The notes beneath the pieces are model-generated. The model searched no databases, was not told where the DNA came from, and saw only the letters and a list, made by a program, of their open reading frames with translations. Shown in pieces: positions 24,277 to 35,100 of a stretch of 64,000 nt of DNA. Made by a program: the position numbers and the translations under genes. Source of the stretch: Fimbriosthenelais zetlandica. Lineage: Eukaryota. Location: assembly GCA_977030845.1 (NCBI GenBank), contig OZ365112.1, positions 14,446,001 to 14,510,000 of the forward strand. Reading direction: 5' to 3'. Within the stretch, counting starts at the first letter, position 1. Each line of letters begins with the position of its first letter.

Positions 24277-25326
24277 TCAGCTCCATCTCTCTCCCTCTCA
24301 CCCTCACCACGCGCTCCGCGCTACTGAGCTGCTACCGTCAGAGAGACGAGAGGAGAGGAGAGGGGGAGGAGAGGAGGGCATCGGTGGACTATAGTGGTGG
24401 TGGGACTAGCTCGGGTAGGACCAGTATCTCACTGCCTGTCCATAAATCAAGGTGAAGCAGGCTTTTCTCATCGCTTCCACTCCAGTCTCTCTCTCCTCAC
24501 ACACATGGTCGGTCTTGGATAGTAGACCACTATTAGGAGAGTGTGAGGGAGACAGATCCAAGGATAACATCTATTGCATCTTCCCAGCATCTTCTCCAAT
24601 TCTACCAACAGTGTTTGGTACTTTACAATTCTTTCACATCCTTCAAGCCATCTCTACTCCAGTACATCTATATTGTACTCACTTGTCTATGAAGCACATT
24701 GCTCTTCAGACTCTGCTCCCATACACATTCTATTGCCTCTCAACACACAGGACAGTTTAAGGTGGAGTTAGTGTATGAGGATATGGAGGAGATACATATA
24801 CACACATGATTCTGTGATCATCCTCTCTTATCATAACTCATTTTCACATCATCTACGATCAAAGCGTTGCTAGGTGGACGCTGTCAACCTATACCACAGT
24901 AACCACTCAATCGTTACATGAAGCCATATCGCACGTTGAGGTAGGGCCGTACTCCTGATGGTCTATTCTCCTATCTGATACTCTCACACATTCTCTCTCA
25001 CTATCTTCTCAGCTGCGATCGACAACACATCTCCATCGTCGGCTCCTCTCTCACACACATCAGTCACCATGGCAACGCTGTGACTCTCATCCTCTGGGTT
25101 TCTCCCCTTCTCTGCTATCATTTGGTGCCTTTCCTCAGTAAAATGCATTAACTTTCCACGGATACTGGGACGCAGACAGCTCCCACACACCTGATATTAA
25201 CTTCCTCGGACCTGCCCATGGAAAAACTAAGCTTTATTCGTGCTCGAAGAAGTATTTCAAACCACTTTGTCAATCCTATCCATCATCTCTATGAGAAACA
25301 TGCTTCACAGTCGCACGGTGGCGCTC

Positions 25327-25354
25327 ATTGGCTGACCGTAGCCACGTGACCAAT
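25327..25354 (+). promoter_or_regulatory. Probable Hox1 proximal promoter: inverted CCAAT (25327-25331), E-box CACGTG (25343-25348), CCAAT (25350-25354)
   Basis: cATTGGctgaccgtagcCACGTGaCCAAT about 140 nt upstream of the Hox1 ATG, with no ATG between it and the start codon. The spacing of 11 nt fits NF-Y/USF composite elements. Confidence 0.6.
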
Positions 25355-25489
25355 TTAACCCTCATAAGCCTGGCAAGTGCGAGGTGTAATTTAGGTTCAT
25401 TTATTTCAGATTTATCAAGGCATCGACAGCTAATTTCAGCGGCGTCGGGACTTCGAGCCGACGCGCTTTAGGTAAAGAGGGAGTGAATT

Positions 25490-26120
25490 ATGAATTCCAA
25501 CGGGGAGTATACCATATGTAACCTGGACAATCATACCTATTCGTCCAACTATGGTTCAGCCGATGGCATTGCAGCCAGTTCGGGATATGGTGGAGGATAC
25601 CCTAACGTAAACAATGGTTTGGCGGAGTCAGGCCAGCTGGGATACGGCGCCAATGCGCCCGTTCCTCCCGTCTCCTCCGGGCCCGAGCACCTGGGCCATC
25701 ATGGGCAACATCCACACCAACCGGGTGGTCATAGCATGTATGGACACCATCAAAATCAAACGTCCGTCATTTCTCCAACATCTCCGCCACCTCCACATGG
25801 CTATGGGCCTTTGCAACACCACCCCCATGCCCATCATAACTCGTGTCTCCCGCCTCCTGGACAACATTTCGACTATTATGGGGGATCGGTTATCACGAAT
25901 GGATCCCCGGCGGGAGTGGACCTTAACACTGGACTTTATTCTCCGTATGGCCCTCCGGAGCCCTCTCCGGGCCAACCTCACTGTGGGATCCCTACCACAT
26001 CAGGACCACATCATTATGATATCCACGATTCCCCCGTTCACAATCTCTCCCCTTCTACGGACCACCCTCCCGTCACCACGTATAAGTGGATGACCGTCAA
26101 AAGAAGCGTTCCAAAGCCAG
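25490..26120 (+). CDS. lab: Hox1/labial exon 1
   Basis: Starts MNSNGEYTICNLDNHTY (Hox1-type N-terminus), then a His/Pro/Gly-rich region and the labial hexapeptide TYKWMTVKR (YKWM at 26081-26092). Ends at a consensus donor CAG|GTGAGT (26120/26121), phase 1. Confidence 0.95.
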
Positions 26121-29100
26121 GTGAGTTAAGCCAAGAACTTTGTCTTTAGGTTGTATTCAATCAAATAAGACCCTAACGCATCCCTCTCCTTCACACTAAC
26201 TCCTACACACTAATCTGCCATAGTAATCAACTTGATTAATATATAGAAACAGGTTAGTTCCTCCCCCTTCTTAACATTTAATCCCTTCCAGAGATTTCCA
26301 CTGACAGATATGTACATAACACCTCCAGGGTGGTTAGAGTGGAGTGGTGGGAATGGTAGATCACCACACAAACACACACCTGTGGAGATGGCTCACCTGG
26401 AGCCATCATACCTTGAACAGGTGGGCAAAACCCGGGTAATGGACGGAGGCTAGAACAGTGGGTACACGGGGAATGTCTTTACTCCTGCCGGGCTAGCAAT
26501 GATCAGTCTGAGAGGAATGAACTGAGGGCAAAGTAGCAGTGAGAGAATGGTTAGTTATGAGTTTTATAATGGGTTTCTATGGGGCTCCTGGATGGAGGGA
26601 TGTTAGCATTTCACGACGCGTGGAGGCGTTCCAGTATGGGCGTTGGAAGCCACTGGAGCAGCCACAGAAGCAGACGCCCAATGGATGTTACTGTTGAGGC
26701 AAACCCTGCATATAATACTCAAAGATATAACCCAGACCTTCCGCTCAATCATAACCCCATGTATGATACCTCTATATAACATAATCACTGATAAAGATAA
26801 GCACCAAATGCCGTAGATGGTCTTTTGAGTAAAAGAAGCTAGGGTAAGTTTTGATTAATAGATCATTTGAGGAGGGAGTGAGTGGTAGGGCTACATTAAC
26901 ACCTAACCTTGTCACCATTGCTACTTTACTCCGATGTTTATGGTCATTTGATGGTCGGTAAACGTTTGCCGAGCGCGATAGTATCTGGTTTGCACCAGAG
27001 GGGGACCACACGCCCCTTGTGTGGGCAAAAAAAGAAAACTATTAATCCTCGAAAAAGACATATTTATCACACTTACTTGTTGTGCAAATGTAAAGCACGA
27101 TGTCTCAATGTCAGAAATTGGTTGAAAAGTCCGATACCAACCGAGTAAGTCTTCCTGTAATGAAAGTAGATGAAAGCATTACTTGATTATCCCCTCATAG
27201 AATAAAGTTTACTACCATTGGATAATACGTATAAAAGGCCAATTATGCATATTATCTCGCTGAAATAAAAATTAAAATGATCGCGCCCCTAAATCTCGGT
27301 AAAACATTTCAAGCTGAGAGAAATTTGTGGGTTGTCGGTATCTCGGTGATATCTCCATTGCTCCAAGAAATTATCATAAAGCTAGATTACATATAGCATT
27401 TATATTGGAAATACTATTAACATGTGAGCCTAGATTAGAAGCAGTTATGTGGGATGGGTTTAGGTTTATGGTTTGCGTGTTTCTATATCTAGAGCACATG
27501 TCCCTCTCCTCACATGCATTCTCCCACGCATGCATGAGGCAGCTCCAAAAAGATCCATACCTGGCTACAGCGAGCTTTCCATATGCATCTCTCCCCGCCC
27601 AATACACACACAGAGGGAAGAATAAAAGAGAGAAGTGAGATTGTGGATTCTAATCTCCTCCACCGACTGGCACCTTCTCTCACACGATTATTACCTCCAC
27701 ATGCGTGCCAATTGGCACCCCACATCACATTCTCTCCCACTCCCCTATTCCAGAGAAAACCTATCGAGAAAGGTGCCATACCTTTTGCACCTGCTTTGGC
27801 GCGAACCAAGACTTTATCGATAAGCCAAAGAGCGATCTTTATCTCACGCCCTTATCTGGTTCTTCACTTCATCGGCATTTGCCTGATGGGGTAAGCTACT
27901 AGTGTCGCATTGTTCGAGAGAAAAGAATTTTGCATGTGGAGCCACAGTTATCCTTGAGAGAGAATGCCATTTTGGTCACCATAAATTTATACCTGGTGCA
28001 AGTCATGCCTTTTACTGTGAAAAAGGTCAATGGTCGCCTACATACCCGCTGTATGTGTTTAAATTCGCCAATTTCGGCAACATCTCCATCTTACATGTGG
28101 CCGCATACTTATATATCAGAGATATATTGCATATATTACAGATAAGCTTTCTTTTTAAATGACATATAGAAGGCATTACAAAGCATAGACAGATGTAAGT
28201 AGTATATATAACGTGGGCTTTATCACGGGAATCTTGGGTCGGTTGTCGGTAAGATTTCTAAGTAATTCGATGATCCATACTAGCAGATGGATGAGGGGGT
28301 CTATGGGTGAAGCGGGCCGGGGTATATACGCTATATTAGCCTATGACATGCCCTTTAGGGCATTAAGACCATAGCCCTCCAGTAACCCACCCCGACCCAT
28401 AGACATCTCAGTGAAGCCAGGGCCACCCTTCTCCAATGACCCAAACTCTAACAATGTCATTGTTTACTCCCATGTCATCACCGATATACCCACTCCGAAC
28501 CCTGCTCCTTCGTGAAACTCGATCTCCTCTAGTTAATAATTCATCAAAATAAAGATTTTTTACTCCCGGTGATTCATCGCTGCGTCAAGGTAACTTGTAA
28601 CACATATGGGTCGATGAAACAACAGTAGAAGCATGTAACCTCATCTCATTTCTACCCTTTCCTCCTGGTTATTTCCATGGTAACATGGTTATCTATTAGT
28701 TTTTAATGGACACGGGGACCTGTAGGGGAGAGGTGGATACTTTACTGAATACCAGGCTATAAATATTAGACCGTAAGGACGCCAGTTTAGAGCGTCAGAC
28801 AGACATTTTGCTGGGGCCGGGCCCAGACCACGGGGATTGTGGCTGTATTTCACCCCTAATCACCCTAAGATACCCCGCCACTCACCCACACACTGCCTCC
28901 TATACTCCCTCTATTGCTCCCTGCTTCTTGCTTCCATCCAGTTTGTGCTACTTGTCTTTTCCAGTTGAAATATTCTTTATTTTCTTTTAAATGTTTATTC
29001 ACTTGTTTCCAGACTATATAGAATGTCCTTTAAATACGATGTAATTTGCATTATTTAAGTTTAAAATCAGTAGTGTTAACTGTGTTTAAGTTCAGTATTT

Positions 29101-32100
29101 TGTAACAAAAATCCCCGATAAATCCTTACATTGTTTGGATAAGAAACTTTCTTATCGGCCCAGGTATATACAACCCCAAATAAACTGACTTTCACACCAC
29201 TTGAATACTTTAAAATTATCTTTCGTCAGATCGTGCCCGATACCAAAGCCCTACTGACGCTACTTGGAGCACTGATATGAGAGGTGAGCGAAACAAAAGT
29301 TTAGACATTTTCACCTTGGGCGGGGTATCAAATACACCTGTACCATAGTAAGATGCATGTATATACAGACACGAAAACCCATGTAATATATACCATGTCC
29401 TTAGTTGAAATAGTGGTGTTTTTAATCCGTTGTTATTATTGTTTCCTGCATTATTCCCTCGCGCTTCCCCTGTAGAACGTAGTATAGCCAGTCCTCTCCC
29501 ATATATATGGACTCGCCTTCTCTTAACATCGCAGAATACTTACGACAGTGTTAACACGGAGAAACCATCCGAATATAAGAGTGTTTAAAAGATTGGCAAC
29601 TGATGAAATCAAAGATATTTGATTGGGTGATAAAGTAAAAGGAATCCAACTATATTATGAGGGACTATTCAACTTTGTTATGAGGGAAGGGAAGGAACAT
29701 GGAGGATGAAGATTTATGTAAGGAATGAAAGCATCACTCTGGGTTTAAGACATGATCTGTGTGTGTCCATGTTGTATTTTCTCCAAGCAGCCGGTAGCTG
29801 GCAGCCTAGGCCTGGACAGACTTGTAGTAGGTGCTCCAGACTCCGCCCCTACCCGGATCATCCTCATTAATATCCTCCCGCCACCCACGTCCCCCCTCCA
29901 ATCCCTCCTCCTTACTCCCCCTCCCCCTCTTCCTCCCTGTTAGAGGGAGAGAATCCAAGAGACGCGGCTGCACTCTTGATCATTCTCCTCCTTCTCCCTC
30001 TCCCCTTCCTCTTACTAACGCTCAAAAAAACCATGTCATCCTTAACACACACCAGGCTAACCCACATCAACCCACAGTGCAAAACACAAATCTGTAAATA
30101 GAATATCCATTGCAAAAGTATTCTGAAGAGGAATTATTTTAATCTAAAGGGGAGAATGAATTCTTTTGAAAGGTTTTGACTGTAAAATTTTAGGCTCAAA
30201 GACAGATACATGTACATTATATATGGGTGAATATTTCTTAATTGATATGAACTAAAAATTACGGGGATTAAGAAGATGGAGGGAAAAAGAAAAAGAATGT
30301 AGTTTGAAGAAGAAGAAGAAGAAGAAGAGGAGTGCGTGGGAGAGCGAACAGGGAGAGAACGGCAGAGAGAAGGTGTAGAACTGAGAAGAGAGAGAGAGAG
30401 AGAGGAATGAGGGAAATGGAAGAGAGTATGGTGATCAATAAAGCATAAAGATGTTATGTTTTGATGTGTGTATTGTCTGGGACCTTGGCTCCAATGCCAT
30501 TAAGCTGTATTTATCCATCGTCTCTCCCTTCACCCACCCTTCCCCCCCACACCGAAGCCACACACAGTCCATGCTGCCGCCAGCAATTCCAGGTCTCCAC
30601 AAGTTCGGGCAAGTGTTGGAATACATTACATTGCCTCAATACAGGGGGCAATAAAGCCTTTTTCAAAATATATCCCTGTTTTTCGCTTTCAGTATACCTA
30701 ACATACAGTATCTAAAACGGGAGTTAATAACTGCCTCAAACTTGGAGGTGAGGGAACTCAAAATAGTTCTGAATATGCCTCAACCGTGCTCCCTTCATCC
30801 GAGCGCAAATATTGCCCGAGAGATGGATGGAGATACCCCCTGGCATGCAAGCTTGCTGATTGGTTATATTTAATGAAAGAATATGCTTGTATTGATGATA
30901 TATTGGTACATAATATAACCGCGTCCAAATGGGCAAATTTGGTTTTGTACGTATATAAGGATGGAATTTCCCCCACAGGGGAGCCCTTTCTCTCTCTTCT
31001 CCAACCCATTCCCGTGACCAAATACCATCCACCCCCAGACAGATGTTTATTGAATCCAGCTTCCATCGATTTTGTAATAAAATCATAAATCACCAAGTTC
31101 CAATAAACTTCCATGCAACTCGTGCAGATCGATCATATATACACACACGCTGATCTGTTGCGTCGGATTCAAATGAGAAGTGTCCATAGGAGGGCTGGTG
31201 GCTTCACCCCAGCCCCTCTCTATATATGTTGCTTGTAGCCGACGCTTATAGACCCGGAGAAGCCACTTTCGTATTAGCGTCTTTGCGCCTTGGAAACTGG
31301 TGCTTATTGATACATCCCCCCAAACAGCTGCATATTTTACTTCCCAAAGTTGAGCTAATGTTGATTAATGATTCTGAAATATATTCAGCATTGAGAGAGC
31401 TTCTGACCATTTATCACTCCTTGGTAATGCATCAAGTTTGGGACAGACTTGCAAGGCCAACACGCGCCCATATTGTATCCTGAATGTATGCACCCGCACC
31501 CAGTATATTACTAAGGTACGAACCCCTAAAATGACAAATGGTGTTGGACTTTAACACACGTTTTCTTTACATAAAGTTAGCCGCAAAAAGTGCTGTTGGA
31601 GAAGTTCCATTCAGATTGACTGTACTTGGCCATGTCAATTATTGTTTGAATCTTATTAACAAATATTTTATTAACAATCACATCATTTTGGAGAGTGGTG
31701 GTATTTGTAAACTCAAGTCTGTTGTATAGAAGCCTCCAATAAGAATGAAATTAATTAACTAATTAAAAAAGGTGAATTTCCCCCCAAAAAAGGGGGGAAA
31801 AGCCATCTATCGCTTGACAGGTGAAAGAAGGTATAAAAAACTGAACCAAAAGTTAGTAAATTAATTTAGAGGTTAACAATCCTCCAAGGCAATATCCATG
31901 CTTTTTTGTCTTGTCAAAGTAATTTTAAATTGATGTTTTCTGCTCTAAAAATGTTGGCCATGCAGTGATAATCATACACATATTTCGGCAGCTTTAGAAA
32001 GAGTTAGGGAGGGAGGAAAAAGGGAGGAAAAAGTGTAACACTTCTAAAATAAGGAAATATTCCAGAGGCTTCATGTAAAATTGATCAACTTGTATGTGTT

Positions 32101-35100
32101 AGAAGAAAGAATAGGCTTTTAGTGAATATGGATACACCAAAAGGAACATATAGGAAGAGGCAGAGAGTGTTGTTGGGTGGGAATGTGGTAGAGTGGGAGA
32201 TGTGTAGGTGGTTGCCCCTAACCTAAAAGCGATCAGTCTTTGTTTCCTAGCTACTCGTTGTCAATATTGACAATAACTGGGGCCAGCATATCGACTTTGT
32301 AGTCTGGCAGGGCCCTACTATAGGACGCCCTTACATCTGAGGGCCCCCTTCAAGTGTTTTACACTCTGTGGACCTTGGAGGCCCTATAGGCTACACACAA
32401 CCCTGGCTTCTCAAAAGCAGATGGTCTCCTACAGCCACTACTAGCCCCAACACTGGACTTTTTGTCTCTATCTCATATATCTGTATTCCCGGGTAATGTC
32501 TATATCAGTCCTCCAGCTATAATCCTTCCAGGCATAATGACTATAGACTAAATACGTCAGAATTTATGCTTGGGTATTGCTTGGCGAATGCCGAGTAATT
32601 GTTGCAATTGCATTACATAAATTGCTGTTAGATTACGCGGGAAATTTAAATCCAATGCAAGCTCCAGTTCGGTCTGAATCTTCACTCAACATTAGTACAT
32701 GGTCACATCTGCACTTTTAGACTAAATTCTGCAATCGTTTTCTTTGGAATTCCATTTGGATTTGACTGTATGGGGTTTCAGAAGAGGCGTCTGTTTTGTG
32801 ACACAGCCACCAGGTTGTTGCCAGCCAATATTACATGTCTGTTTTATACAATCCAAAGCTCCTGACAATGAAATATGTGCAGGCAGTGAGGACCGCCTGT
32901 ATCAAATACTCATTTCGTACACATTTTAACCATTTATTGGCCATGATTTATGTAGTTTTTATATCCACCTCGGGCACTTATAACAAGTTTTTATCCCGGC
33001 TCAACCAAGCTTACCAAACATTGATGTTACAGTGGCAGATACTAATATTTTAATAGTATTAAATTTTATAAGTCTTTTGAAAAGGGTTTCACTTTAATTA
33101 TATGCTAGGTTGCACATATAAATGGTGGCAAACAGATGGATTTACATTTGTCATTAACAGAAATGAAAATAAGATAATAATATCCTGGTATGTGTCTTAG
33201 GAAACAAAGCCTTCTTACTTAGTCGCTTATGTTAATTCCCATTACGGCTGTCCTATTAAGCCTGAACAATTTATAGTACTTAAGAGTTAATATGTAAATT
33301 TGAGCTGTCTTCAAAGGTGGGTATAATTACGTAAGAGAATGATTAAAGGAAACGTTACACATCCCTTTCAACTGCCCGATATAAAGTTAATTTAGTCTAA
33401 AATTAAACTGACATGTTTGCCAGCAGACAGCTGATTCTTCATCATAAGTGACCATGACATTCCCTTTGAATAAGTTGGGAACTTCCATTTTTACTCATGC
33501 CGTTTGAAGTCCATTGCTTTTACAGCAGTGATAATAATTTGCCAATTAATGAATTTTCGTACTTATCTCTCAACCATTGCTTATGCCCCTTAAATTTCGT
33601 CTCTTCCCATCCTTTGCCCTCTTGGTATGACCTTGGCTTTGCAATGCATATAAGCTTCATGTAATGCGTGCATTGCGTAGAAACAATTGATATGTATCTC
33701 AATTATACCCGCTTTAGGTCGCGGGCTGGGAGGGATTTCCATTTTTATTAGCCTATTTATATTTGAATTATCCACAGGAAAACAGCCTATTCTGTCCTCT
33801 GCTTACCGCAGTTGAAACCCTTTAATAGGAGAATCATGTTTAAGATTGAACGAGCATTCTTCAGACATTCTTAAATATTTTCGTCTGTACATATCATTCA
33901 AGATCTAACCTGGATTTTCCTGAAACCATAGGCATAGAGAAAGGTACCCCAATCCAGCCCCCGCGACTCCTGTTTTCAAGTACCCATTCTCTAACTTGAT
34001 TATAATTTATGCCTTTCGGGGTGTCAACAAAAGACAGTGAGCTTTTTGTGGCCAACTAACTTCTCAACTCCTGCGGGAGTTGGTTAAAGTTGTACCTACA
34101 TTTGAGACACGCTAATTTATCACTCGATGGAGCGTTCAACACGACGTGTTAGCCGACTTGAGGAGTCCGACCAGTGGCGAACGTTGATAAATTTCCCTGT
34201 CGCCGGTGGGTGGCAAAAGCAACAAAACCAGCCCACAAAGATTTTTGTATGCACAGGACCCCCTATTCCTGCTCTCCAAAACCCAGGGTTTTATACATAG
34301 CCTCTTGTGTGGATGGGTATTACAGCAGTTAGAAAAACTTAGAGAGGCCATTAATTTTCTTGACAAGTGCTCACCTTAGATCACTAAAGCATTTTAGCAA
34401 AGGCATCCCTAATTTCTAAAGCTTTTTGGAAGGTAAAACACTCTTAAAATGCCAAGACGCCAAGTTCAATGTTTGTAATAATTCAGTAACGGAGATAGAA
34501 AAATGAGAATTAAAAACTGTATGGGATATTTTGAGAAGACGTGTCATATATTAATGAAAGAGATTAATTAATGCACAGCTGGGTATTAACTGGTGGCTTA
34601 TAAATACTCTCTGGGTTAACCTGTACTCAGGCCTGCTTCCTCCAGGTGGTTGATTAGTACAAATCATTAAGTCCTACCAAGATTAATTAACCCCTCCCAC
34701 ATAGATGCCCGGCTGGCCACCGAGTGAACTACTGGGATATAGGAACCCAAGTCCCTTATCAATGTGTGCATACAAAAGAACCCCTAATTATGGAGTGGAC
34801 TACTGGTATCTCACGGGCCAGAGATACAGTCAAATCACTGTGCAGCACGTGGTGGGGTACAATAAAACAACCCAGACAGGTTTTTATAGCATAGCAATTA
34901 GGAAACACAATCAGGTTGATCCTTTATTTAAAAGGCAGGGGTAAGTGATAGGAAAATAATGAGCTATTTTGTCAGGTGCCATGATTGAAAAGTATGCAAA
35001 ATACCAATGGTAGGGGGTGTGGGGAGAGGAGGAGGTGAGAAGGGGATGGGAGAGGGGAGGGGGTTAAAATATGGCTGCCTTGGAGAGATACTCCTTGAAT

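Noticed and set aside
25395-25455. Drosophila-type Inr + DPE core promoter for Hox1
   Set aside because: None of the TCA candidates has a DPE match at +28 to +32.
25614-26093. 159-aa and 117-aa ORFs overlapping Hox1 exon 1
   Set aside because: Shadow frames with no domain similarity.
26121-26149. C-terminal GELSQELCL of the 219-aa ORF as part of Hox1
   Set aside because: It is read-through past a consensus donor into the intron.
31777-31800. Hairpin TTTCCCCCC-AAAAAA-GGGGGGAAA
   Set aside because: It is built from homopolymer runs and is likely by chance. A terminator-like reading is irrelevant in a eukaryotic intron.
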